The position numbers and the translations under genes were made by a program. Positions 1 through 8,235 of a stretch of 64,000 bases of DNA are shown here, piece by piece; within the stretch, counting starts at the first letter, position 1; each line of letters starts with the position of its first letter. The notes below the pieces were generated by a model, which was not told the DNA's origin, made no database searches, and saw nothing but the letters and a program-made list of their open reading frames with translations. Location of the stretch: the IMG/VR virus record IMGVR_UViG_3300027908_000006, positions 1 to 64,000 of that record; one strand, given 5' to 3'. This DNA comes from a virus.

Positions 1-1446
1 ATTCTCGGCAAGGCACTGACGCAACACCGGCGCAGCCTCATCATCCGGCGGGAGGCCAAGGACTTGCAGGCGCTCATCGACGCCTGCCGGGAGATCGTTG
101 GTAAGCAGGGGTCGTTCAACGCGAATCTCAATATCTGGCGGGACTTGCCGGGTGGCCGGACGATCCAGTTTGGTGGTTTGAAAGACCCCGGCGACGAGCA
201 GCACTTCCGCGGTAATCCGCACGACCTGATCGGGCTGGACGAGGCGGACCAGATACCAGAGTACCAGGCGCGCTTTGTGATGGGCTGGCTACGGACGACG
301 GACAAGAACCAGCACTGTCAGGTCATCATTTGCTTCAACCCGCCGCACGACCCGGAAGGCGAGTGGCTCATCCGCTTCTTCGCGCCGTGGTTGGATGACG
401 AGCATCCGAACAAGGCGCTACCGGGAGAGCCGCGCTGGTTTGCGATGGTCAATGGTAAGGAGACGGAGTTTACGAAGCCGGACAAGATTAAGATCGGCGA
501 CGAGTGGGTGACTCCCAAGAGCCGGACATTCTTCCCTGCGCGAGTGCAGGACAACCGGGCGCTCTTCGACACGGGCTACCTCGATACTCTACTTGCTCTC
601 CCCTCGCCGCTCCGCGAGCAGCTGGCCTACGGCGACTTCAAGATTGGGCGGGTGGATGGCGCGTGGCAGGCGATCCCGACGAGTTTCATCAAGGCGGCTC
701 AGAAGCGGTGGACGCCCTCCTGTCCCTTCCCCGGCAAGATGACCGCGCTGGGGGCCGACATCTCGCGGGGCGGCACGGGAGCGACCTGTACGGCACCGCT
801 CTACGGGACGTGGTTCGGCGAGTTGGAGGCCGTCCGGGGGCCAGCCACGGACACGGGCCGGAAGGCTGCCAACATCGTCAAGGCACGGCATAAGGACGGC
901 TGCCCGATTAACATGGACATGAACGGCCTGGGGGTGGCGTGCTACGAGCATCTTCAAGAGATGCTCGGCCCGCAGTCGGGTTTGCTACGTGGACTCAATC
1001 CGGGCGACCCCTCGGACCTGCACGAGTCCTCCGGCAAGTTCCAGCTAATGAACCTGCGGGCGGCGATGGTGTGGAGCTTCCGGGAAGCACTGGACCCGGA
1101 GAATGGCAGCACGATTGCCCTGCCTCCCGATGACGAGTTGGCGCAGGACTTGGCGGCTCCCCGCTATCAGGTAGTGGGTGATAAGATCAAGATTGAGATG
1201 AAGTCGGACGTGGAAAAGCGCCTCGGTCGCTCCGTTGATCGTGGCGACGCTGTGGTGATGGCGTGGTGGCAATCCTCCGGGGTGGGGACGGTGCAGGGAC
1301 ACGGGGACCGGAACAAGGAGTGGGGGCTAGGCGTACCGCTCCAATCCACCTCCTTCGGATACGGGGATGAGGAAGAATCCATCCTCTTGTTTGGAGATGA
1401 ACCGACGCCGGACAGGGAAGACAAAGAATGGTGGCAAGATTTATGA
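1..1446 (+). CDS. terL: Terminase large subunit (5' end cut off by window edge)
   Basis: Frame is open from base 1, so the TTG at 64 is only the first in-window start. Walker-B-like LIGLDEADQ, then an acidic nuclease-type C-terminal half (GADISRGG, DRGDAVVMAWW). Directly precedes portal and head genes. Confidence 0.8.
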   Translation: MLGKALTQHRRSLIIRREAKDLQALIDACREIVGKQGSFNANLNIWRDLPGGRTIQFGGLKDPGDEQHFRGNPHDLIGLDEADQIPEYQARFVMGWLRTTDKNQHCQVIICFNPPHDPEGEWLIRFFAPWLDDEHPNKALPGEPRWFAMVNGKETEFTKPDKIKIGDEWVTPKSRTFFPARVQDNRALFDTGYLDTLLALPSPLREQLAYGDFKIGRVDGAWQAIPTSFIKAAQKRWTPSCPFPGKMTALGADISRGGTGATCTAPLYGTWFGELEAVRGPATDTGRKAANIVKARHKDGCPINMDMNGLGVACYEHLQEMLGPQSGLLRGLNPGDPSDLHESSGKFQLMNLRAAMVWSFREALDPENGSTIALPPDDELAQDLAAPRYQVVGDKIKIEMKSDVEKRLGRSVDRGDAVVMAWWQSSGVGTVQGHGDRNKEWGLGVPLQSTSFGYGDEEESILLFGDEPTPDREDKEWWQDL

Positions 1447-1772
1447 GCCGCGTAACGAACGTGATCCTACACATGGGGTGCGTTGGCGAAGATGAGGCGG
1501 GCGTGCTGCTGAGTCGCGTCAATTACTTTTTCAAGGATCAACCCGGTTTCGTGCTGGTCGATGATGAGAAGCTACCGCGTGGCTGGTACGGCGGCACGAA
1601 GATGTTGGAGTGCGACTTGGCCATCGGCGCCTTCAACTACCTAGACGTTGGAGCGTTGATCTTGTACCTACGCACTCTCGACTGGCCCGAGCGCGGCGAT
1701 GTGCAGTTAATGGTCAAGGAACAGGACGAGTCGAATTTCCGACTCATAAATGTGTTCCCGGAGGAACTGTGA
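1443..1772 (+). CDS. Hypothetical protein
   Basis: ATG 1443 overlaps the terL stop (ATGA coupling). 109 aa, no motif recognised. Confidence 0.45.
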   Translation: MSRVTNVILHMGCVGEDEAGVLLSRVNYFFKDQPGFVLVDDEKLPRGWYGGTKMLECDLAIGAFNYLDVGALILYLRTLDWPERGDVQLMVKEQDESNFRLINVFPEEL

Positions 1773-1908
1773 ACAATCCAGCACAGACTGGCATATACAG
1801 TGTGTTTCAGTGGCCGGAGTGGAAGGCATTCGCGGCGCGATTGGATATTGACATTCCCCGGCACTGCCGCTCCATGACGATCCTGCCAGCAAAGAGCGGA
1901 GAATAACC

Positions 1909-2202
1909 ATGCTGGTAGACAAGTTGCACGGCTGGCACTACCGTATTGTCCGCTACACTGCGGAGAAAGAAGTGGTCGAGATTTGCCATGTTCTCTTCGA
2001 TCAGCAGGAACGGCCGCAGTTGGCCAGACGATTATTTCAGCGGCGGTTGTCGGCGAGCGATCCCAGCACCTTGCGAGTCGAATGCGACGTGATAATCGAG
2101 GCCATTGACAAGGCCATGCGTTTCGCGCCCATTGATATTAACCCATCGTTAGTCGAGGAGCTAAACTTAGTCAATGACCGCTGGGAGAAGGTGTATCCGT
2201 GA
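1909..2202 (+). CDS. Hypothetical protein
   Basis: 97 aa. ATG preceded by GGAGAA. Co-directional with the head module. Confidence 0.45.
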   Translation: MLVDKLHGWHYRIVRYTAEKEVVEICHVLFDQQERPQLARRLFQRRLSASDPSTLRVECDVIIEAIDKAMRFAPIDINPSLVEELNLVNDRWEKVYP

Positions 2203-2516
2203 TCGAACGACTCAACGATACGCACCTGCTGTTCTCTTTCGGCCCCATCACCGCCTGTCTCGGCTGGTTCCACGGCTGGCTGCGACTCTGGGGCCACGGC
2301 GTCTCGTACAAGGACACGCGGCGGGTGGATCTGACGTTCTCACAGCGCTACCAGTTGGCCAAGTGCGTGTTGGTGGGTCCGTGGTGTTTCGAGTGGCTGG
2401 ACAAGGTTCCCGCCGAGATGCTGGGCAGGCCGGTCTATGGACCTTCGCCGTTACGGGTGGCGTGGGACACTTGGCAAACTTTTGAAGAGATCAAGCGAAT
2501 CCGGGCAGGACGATGA
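2199..2516 (+). CDS. Hypothetical protein
   Basis: GTG start overlaps the upstream stop (GTGA). 105 aa, Trp-rich and hydrophobic. Confidence 0.4.
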   Translation: MIERLNDTHLLFSFGPITACLGWFHGWLRLWGHGVSYKDTRRVDLTFSQRYQLAKCVLVGPWCFEWLDKVPAEMLGRPVYGPSPLRVAWDTWQTFEEIKRIRAGR

Positions 2517-3172
2517 CTTCGTACTCCTACTTCCTGACTGCTGCTATTGCCGGGAATCTGTCACTGCCCGAAGTGCAGATCGCTGCGGATTGCGCTGAGG
2601 AGTATGACCCAGAGCAGTTCGAGGCGGTCATGCGCCGCTGGATCATTATGGACAAGGACGATGACTTGCCGCGCCTGCGTTTGGCTGAGTGGTGGATCGG
2701 CAACGGACAGCGCGAACGGGGCGAATTCGTGAAAGTGCAGTGTGAAGCCGAGAAGGTCAGGGACAGGCTTCTTTTCTCAATCGACCCGAAAGACGCCGAA
2801 AAGTACAGCGAATTGCGGCGCATTGAGGAGCAGTTGCGAAAGTGCGATTCCTTTCCGTGCTGGATACAGGATGCGATTCGGAAACACATGGGATGGAGTT
2901 GCTTTCGTCGCGGTTTTATTCAGGAGATACATTGTACAGGTGAAAACTTCTTAAAGCACGCGGATCGTATTCTATGTCGTGAGCCAATCTGTCAGGTGTC
3001 GCTGAACAAATGGCCTATAACTGTTTTCAGGAACATGACTAACAGAAAAGGCCAGTATTCCATTGGTGGTGGTCGCTTGCGAGGATTATTCAGGAGGCCA
3101 GGCGGTATCGACATGGCGCAAGTCATTAAAGCCGAGTGGCCAAGTATCAAATTCACCTGGCCACTCGACTAA
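2513..3172 (+). CDS. TIGR02996-like (Gemmata-type repeat-companion) domain protein
   Basis: ATGA overlap with the upstream stop. DDDLPRLRLAEWWIGNGQRERGEFVKVQCE matches the PRLVYADWLEE.GD..GEFIRVQCE signature as I recall it. The rest is unassigned. Confidence 0.5.
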   Translation: MTSYSYFLTAAIAGNLSLPEVQIAADCAEEYDPEQFEAVMRRWIIMDKDDDLPRLRLAEWWIGNGQRERGEFVKVQCEAEKVRDRLLFSIDPKDAEKYSELRRIEEQLRKCDSFPCWIQDAIRKHMGWSCFRRGFIQEIHCTGENFLKHADRILCREPICQVSLNKWPITVFRNMTNRKGQYSIGGGRLRGLFRRPGGIDMAQVIKAEWPSIKFTWPLD

Positions 3173-5784
3173 CTCCTTGCTACGCCAATCCCTTCCGTGT
3201 TATGCTGTCCAGCATGGCAAAAGAAGTTTATTATTTCCCGACCGATTGGTCCAACGGCGCCCCGGACGATCCGAAGAGTCGCGGGCTGCTCGGCAGCCTG
3301 CGCCGCTTCTTCGGAGGCTGGTTCGGACCCCGCTATCGAACGGCGGCGCTGGAGTACGTCACCGAGGAGAAGGTAGCGTCCTCCCCGCAGAACGTGCGGT
3401 TGCCGTGGTTTCTACCTTACGAGGAGTACGACACCGGCACGGGCGAGACGCAGAACATGCGCAACCTGTACCGCAAGGGACTCGCCTTTCCGCCAGTGAA
3501 GGCCGCCCTCTTGAATAAGGTCTTCGGCGTCGCGGCCCTCAAGTTGCAAATCCACCCAGCGGACAAGCGGAACGATTACGACCAGCAAGTAGCGGATGGG
3601 GTGCGGTGGAACCTGGTGCGGCGGCTGGGTGGCGGCGTGCCGCGATTGGCGTGGAACCTGTTGACTCCGGCCTGTCTGGATGGCTACTCCGTCAACGAGA
3701 AGATTTGGCAGACGCAGGACACGGGTAAGTACGCCGGGAGGATCGCGCTGACGAACCTCAAGATGAAGGACACGGGGTTTGATTTGGTCCCGAAGGTGGA
3801 CCAGTTCAGCAACATCACGTCCTTCCTGGGGCTGCGCTACAACGGAGGCAAGGAGTTCCACCCGTCCGACTTCGTGACCTACGCGCACCTCAAGATGTAC
3901 GAGCGGCCCACGGGCCTCTCGGACCTGCGCGCTGTATTCGAGGCGATGTGGCTCTACGACACCGTTTGGAAGCTGCGCAGGATCGGCCTGACCACGAAAT
4001 CCTTCCCGTTCCTGAAAGGGATGTACGAGCAGGAGAGTCAGCAGCCGGGATTGAATGCGGCCTTGCGGAAGGCGAAGTCGCTCTCCTTCCTTACCGTGCC
4101 GAAGGGTTGCATGGTGGAGGCAATTGAACTGGCGGGCGGCAGCGCCGATGAGTTTAAGAACTGTATTCAGGACTTGCGGGAAGAGATTCTGATGGGGATT
4201 ACCGGGGCGTTCATGCACCAGATGGGGGCCGGTCAGAACGTCAAGCGCGGCAGTTCCGAGAAGGCGGAAAGCGTCTCAGACCTCTTCAAGTGGTTCTTGG
4301 CCGAAGAGGTGTGCGGACTCCTGAACAACGAGGATACCGGCGTCATCAAGGAGATGGTGGACTTAAACCACGTCGTCAGTGAGTACCCCACGGCGTCTCT
4401 CGACGCGATCAGCTGGGAGGAGATGCTCCAATTCGCCAACATCATCGACAAGGCGCGGACGTGGGGGATGCCGCTCTCGAAGGAGTGGTTGTCCGAGAAG
4501 TTGTCCCTGGAAGCTCCGCACGCGGATACGCCGGGAGACGCCTTGGCACCAGCACCGACGCCGGGTGCGCCTGGTTCCACAAATGGAACCAGCCCGCCAA
4601 ACGGGACGCCGTCGGATGGTGGAGGTTCCACTGTATCCCCCGATACAGTTGACAGTCCCAAGGGCGGTACGGGCGGTTCTCCCATCGACGCGGAACCGCA
4701 TAAGTTCTCAGAAGAGTACGTCGCGGAACTGGAAACCTTCGCCGCCAAGCACGGTTGGGAACCGGCGGTGCGGATGGGACACCGTGGCGGACTCAAGGGC
4801 GGTCCCGCCCGCGCCCAATCGCTTACCAAGGAGGAGATGCACAAGATCGCCGTCCAGGGCGGCAAGGCGCGGCAGGCGGGTGAACACGCTATCGGGGTAA
4901 AGAAGAACGCGGACGCTGCCACGGTGAGCGTCTTGACGGCGCAACCGAAGGTGCAGCAGTTCGCGGGCGGCTTTGACGAATCTCTTCATCCGCGAGACGA
5001 TCACGGGCAGTTCGTGGACAAGGGTGAGTTGGAGGCTGCGAAGGCCGATCTGGGCAAGGCACAGGAACTCCGCAAGAAAGTGACGAAGCCAGTGGAGCGG
5101 GCCAAGTTGGAGCAGCACTTGAAGGGGGCGGACTGGTACGGGAAGAAGGGTGGCGCGAAGCAGTCTGTGCCCTATCCTGAAACCGCTGGACACGCACTCG
5201 AGCAGGGAAAGAAGTTCGGCGTGCGGATCGTCGAAGGGGCGAGCGGTACATCGGTGAGCAAGGATCAACTGCACTCCGTCAATGAGCAAGTGGCCAAGAT
5301 TCCGGCGAAGGCATTAGAGGCCGTCACCAAGGCGGGGAGCGGTATAGACGTGGTGGGTGGCAAAGGCATCACGGATCACCCGCACAACGCTCACTTGAAA
5401 GGTGTTGTACCTCGCGGCTGGGAGAAGACCGGCAAGACATGGGACGACGTGCCCGGCGGCGGCGCGCAACATCCCAACCAGCGGACCATCATCGCGGCTC
5501 GTGGTGCTGCCAATCCTTACAGTCACGGTAGCGCCAATCTGGTCCTGCACGAACATGGGCACACCGTCGATGCGTGTTCACGAGACAGCAACAACCAGCG
5601 TCCTTCCGATCAGGCGGACTGGAAAGCAATCCACGGCAAGGTGAAGTGGCCGTCACCGTACCAGCAAGCTTATGCCGAAGAAGCATGGGCTGAGAGTTTC
5701 GCCAAGATGTACAATGGCGAGCAGACCCGCGCCGCACTGCCGCCCGAAGTGCAAGCGTATTTCACACAGAGGTTCGGCACATGA
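3136..5784 (+). CDS. Portal protein (Mu gp29/DUF935-like by context) fused to a C-terminal HExxH metalloprotease domain (PPEP / anthrax-LF-like, M34-type)
   Basis: 882-aa ORF after the terL block. The N-terminal ~460 aa is portal-sized and in portal position within a Mu-like head module. A Pro/Gly/Ser/Thr linker starts at ~4540, followed by LHPRDDHGQF (HPRD = 4987-4998). Then RGWEKTGKTWDDVPGGG...LVLHEHGHTVD (HEHGH = 5548-5562) and YAEEAWAESFAKMY. Start is uncertain: GTG 3136 overlaps the upstream gene; ATG 3202 and 3214 are alternatives. Confidence 0.7.
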   Translation: MAKYQIHLATRLTPCYANPFRVMLSSMAKEVYYFPTDWSNGAPDDPKSRGLLGSLRRFFGGWFGPRYRTAALEYVTEEKVASSPQNVRLPWFLPYEEYDTGTGETQNMRNLYRKGLAFPPVKAALLNKVFGVAALKLQIHPADKRNDYDQQVADGVRWNLVRRLGGGVPRLAWNLLTPACLDGYSVNEKIWQTQDTGKYAGRIALTNLKMKDTGFDLVPKVDQFSNITSFLGLRYNGGKEFHPSDFVTYAHLKMYERPTGLSDLRAVFEAMWLYDTVWKLRRIGLTTKSFPFLKGMYEQESQQPGLNAALRKAKSLSFLTVPKGCMVEAIELAGGSADEFKNCIQDLREEILMGITGAFMHQMGAGQNVKRGSSEKAESVSDLFKWFLAEEVCGLLNNEDTGVIKEMVDLNHVVSEYPTASLDAISWEEMLQFANIIDKARTWGMPLSKEWLSEKLSLEAPHADTPGDALAPAPTPGAPGSTNGTSPPNGTPSDGGGSTVSPDTVDSPKGGTGGSPIDAEPHKFSEEYVAELETFAAKHGWEPAVRMGHRGGLKGGPARAQSLTKEEMHKIAVQGGKARQAGEHAIGVKKNADAATVSVLTAQPKVQQFAGGFDESLHPRDDHGQFVDKGELEAAKADLGKAQELRKKVTKPVERAKLEQHLKGADWYGKKGGAKQSVPYPETAGHALEQGKKFGVRIVEGASGTSVSKDQLHSVNEQVAKIPAKALEAVTKAGSGIDVVGGKGITDHPHNAHLKGVVPRGWEKTGKTWDDVPGGGAQHPNQRTIIAARGAANPYSHGSANLVLHEHGHTVDACSRDSNNQRPSDQADWKAIHGKVKWPSPYQQAYAEEAWAESFAKMYNGEQTRAALPPEVQAYFTQRFGT

Positions 5785-5993
5785 TCGTACTCGTTCCCGT
5801 ACTGGACGATGAGGGCAACATCGTCGGCGATATGCCAGTAGAGGCTCCCGATGGGACGCCTATGGACGATCCGCGCTTCTTCCCTGACTACAGCAAGCCT
5901 GTCGAGAAGCACGCCGAACACCACTATAGCAGCGAATCACCGGGCAACGGGTGGACGCAGGTGGAAGTGGGGCACTGGACGAAGGAGAAGTGA
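5781..5993 (+). CDS. Hypothetical protein
   Basis: ATGA overlap with the portal stop. 70 aa, acidic. Confidence 0.4.
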   Translation: MIVLVPVLDDEGNIVGDMPVEAPDGTPMDDPRFFPDYSKPVEKHAEHHYSSESPGNGWTQVEVGHWTKEK

Positions 5994-5994
5994 A

Positions 5995-6276
5995 ATGACC
6001 GACCAAGAACGCGAAGAGATGAACGCCAAGATCAAGGCGGTGAAGGAGCGGTTCGGGGCTGCCACATCGTCGCTGTCCGTGAGCAATGGCGATGTGCTGG
6101 TACTCAAGATACCAAAGTGCAATTGGGGAAATCTTTCCGAAATCGAAGATGCGCACACGGCCATGAAACAATTGCGTGGGTGGTTCAAGGATAAAGGCGT
6201 CACGGTCCAATACTTCGTAATCCCTGACGATTACGACCTATCGCTGTTTCGGGAAATCATGGGCGAACCGCTCTAA
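5995..6276 (+). CDS. Hypothetical protein
   Basis: ATG 5995 lies just after the upstream stop. 93 aa. The track start at 5851 lies inside the upstream gene. Confidence 0.45.
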   Translation: MTDQEREEMNAKIKAVKERFGAATSSLSVSNGDVLVLKIPKCNWGNLSEIEDAHTAMKQLRGWFKDKGVTVQYFVIPDDYDLSLFREIMGEPL

Positions 6277-6289
6277 AAACGGAATTAAC

Positions 6290-6318
6290 TTGACAACCTT
6301 CACACTTGTCTAAACAAT
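6290..6318 (+). promoter_or_regulatory. Sigma70-like promoter candidate
   Basis: TTGACA at 6290-6295, then TAAACA/AACAAT 15-17 nt downstream. Pattern match only; host promoter rules are unknown. Confidence 0.2.
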
Positions 6319-6438
6319 CATCGTTACGAGGTTTCTCCGTGCGGGCCAGACGGTTCATCGGGATCGTCATGCAAACTTGAATGGCTGAACCGGGGTAAGC
6401 TCCCGGAAGATGCCTAGAACGTCGTTGTCCTTTCTTGG

Positions 6439-6477
6439 AGGCCAGCGATCCATTAGATGGATCGTCTGGCCTTTTTT
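6439..6477 (+). terminator. Rho-independent terminator
   Basis: aGGCCAGcGATCCAT-tag-ATGGATCgtCTGGCCt forms a ~14-bp stem with a small bulge, followed by a T run (6472-6477). Confidence 0.65.
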
Positions 6478-6545
6478 CGTTGCTTGAGGTTACGCTGGTG
6501 CCGCTCCTGAAAGGAAAGTCCAATATCGGACATAACGTGTCCGAG

Positions 6546-8108
6546 ATGGAAAAGGCTGGCCACCCCAAGGACCAAAGCATCGCCGCCGCTCTCCGCACGG
6601 CAGGCGTGCCGCCGAAGAAGAAGCACGCGGAGTCTGGTGCGCGATCGCGCACCAGCACGGAGCGAGCGCCGGAGTGGGAGAAGTTGCGGGACGTGGAAGC
6701 CTTCTCCACAGGTCGGAAGCGGGACAAGGAGTACACGCCGGAAGACTTAAAGGACATCGTGGACAACTTCCACAAGTTTGGCAAGGGCCAGCGTCCCGGC
6801 TTTGACGTGCCCGGCGTGTACGGGCACAAGGAGAAGACCCCTGCGGATCAAGAGCGCTTTCTGGAGGACACCTCCATACCGGCGAAAGCGTGGGTGGAGG
6901 ACGCCAAGACGGACGGCAAGAAACTCTACCTCGACCTGCGGGCCTCACCGGAGTTGGCCAGGGCCATCCGGGACGGCAACTACGGCGCTGTCTCGATCGA
7001 GATTTACGACAAGCCGCCGCAAGGGATTCCAGGCAAAGGCAAGATGATGCGCCGTCTCGCCTTCCTGGGCGGGGAGATACCGCAGGACAAGAATCTCCGG
7101 CGACTGCCGATGCCGGAGAAGTACAGCGAGGCTCAGCGGCGACGGTTAGTGCAGCGCCACTTACTCACGACTCACCTGCGGGACTGTGTTCCGCACGAAG
7201 GATACGTCACCTGTTTCTCCGAGGTTTCCATGATGCAAGAGACGATGCCGGGTCAGGGGATGAAACCCGGACGAGACGAGATGATGCAGAAGCTCGCCGA
7301 GAAGGGCGTCAACCCCGACGCGATGAAGGCCGCTCCCGACGAGTGTCTCGCCGAGATGTGCCGCATGGCCGAGGACATGGGCAAGAAGGACGAACTCGAT
7401 TGGGACCACGAGCCGGAACCGCCCAAGAGTCCCGAAGAGAAGAAGATGTACGGCGAACTGCACAAGAAGATGAGTGCCTACGCCGAGAAGCTCAAGAAGT
7501 TCACCGAAGACCCACTCCCAGGCGTCACCGCCGTCCACCCCGGCCCGTCCGGTTCCGAGAAGTCCGGCCTGGGCGGTCCCTCTGAGGACGTGAAGAAGAT
7601 GAGCGAGATGGTAGCCAACCTCATCGACCAGAAGTTCGCCATTCTCCGTGCCGAGATCAAGCCGGTCGTGGACCGGGCACAGGAGTCCGATCAACTCGAA
7701 GTCTTCAACTTCTGCGAGGTTCAGGTCAAGGCGGGCAAGCTCACCGCCGCACAGGTGGACCGCAAGGACAAGTTCTCCGTTCTCAATGAACTCTTAGACC
7801 TGGACAACACACAGGTCGTGGACAAGTTCTCGGAGAACGGTCGAGAGATCGCGTTGACCAAACGCCGTAAGCGGATGGAACAGATCAAGCGCGGCCCGAC
7901 TGTCTGGAAGAACTCCGAAGTGGCTCACGGCGGTGATCTAAACACGGTGCTGGGCGGCACGGCAGACCAGGACGAGGCCCGGATCGAGCGGTTCTGCGAG
8001 GACAAGGGTATCTCTAAGGAATCGCACCGCAAGGAGATCAAGGAAGGGTGGCTCGCCTTCCGCAAGGCCAACCCGGACGGCAGCGTGGTCGATTACCTGA
8101 GCGTGTAA
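6546..8108 (+). CDS. Prohead protease / scaffold protein (Mu gpI-like)
   Basis: Lies between the portal and capsid genes. The N-terminal third (YTPEDLKDIVDNFHKFG, GVYGHKEK, AKAWVEDAKTDGKKLYLDLRASPELARAIRDGNYGAVSIEIY) follows the Mu-like prophage protein I pattern as I recall it. The C-terminal half is a charged coiled coil, scaffold-like. Start set at ATG 6546 (GTG 6537 possible) because the track start 6435 reads through the terminator hairpin. Confidence 0.55.
   Translation: MEKAGHPKDQSIAAALRTAGVPPKKKHAESGARSRTSTERAPEWEKLRDVEAFSTGRKRDKEYTPEDLKDIVDNFHKFGKGQRPGFDVPGVYGHKEKTPADQERFLEDTSIPAKAWVEDAKTDGKKLYLDLRASPELARAIRDGNYGAVSIEIYDKPPQGIPGKGKMMRRLAFLGGEIPQDKNLRRLPMPEKYSEAQRRRLVQRHLLTTHLRDCVPHEGYVTCFSEVSMMQETMPGQGMKPGRDEMMQKLAEKGVNPDAMKAAPDECLAEMCRMAEDMGKKDELDWDHEPEPPKSPEEKKMYGELHKKMSAYAEKLKKFTEDPLPGVTAVHPGPSGSEKSGLGGPSEDVKKMSEMVANLIDQKFAILRAEIKPVVDRAQESDQLEVFNFCEVQVKAGKLTAAQVDRKDKFSVLNELLDLDNTQVVDKFSENGREIALTKRRKRMEQIKRGPTVWKNSEVAHGGDLNTVLGGTADQDEARIERFCEDKGISKESHRKEIKEGWLAFRKANPDGSVVDYLSV
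6634..6655. repeat. 22-bp perfect palindrome CTGGTGCGCGATCGCGCACCAG, copy 1
   Basis: Self-complementary 22-mer inside the protease/scaffold ORF, encoding GARSRTS. An identical copy lies at 45046-45067. Confidence 0.95.
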
Positions 8109-8235
8109 CCCGGTCAAACCCAACAGAGAGTCTACGAAAGGGGTACTAGCCATTAGTAATACAACGGGTCTGACCAACAAGGTTCAGCAGACACCCTGGA
8201 CAACCGACCGCAAGCTGGAACTCGGCTGCGAGACA

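Noticed and set aside
6320-6420. Possible tRNA in the non-coding gap (GGTTCATCGGGATC resembles a T-arm)
   Set aside because: No matching acceptor stem, D-arm or anticodon stem could be drawn. No GTTCGAATC-type T-loop is found here or elsewhere in the window.
6435-6545. N-terminal extension of the protease/scaffold ORF (track start TTG 6435)
   Set aside because: This stretch is the terminator hairpin plus T-run read as codons (EASDPLDGSSGLFSLL). A start after the terminator (GTG 6537 / ATG 6546) is far more plausible.
6634-6655. Interpreting the GCGATCGC core as cyanobacterial HIP1 and hence a cyanophage
   Set aside because: Only a few GCGATCGC octamers are visible in 64 kb, whereas HIP1 genomes are saturated with them. 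Protein motifs point to Planctomycetes-like hosts, and the notable object is the extended 22-mer, not the octamer.
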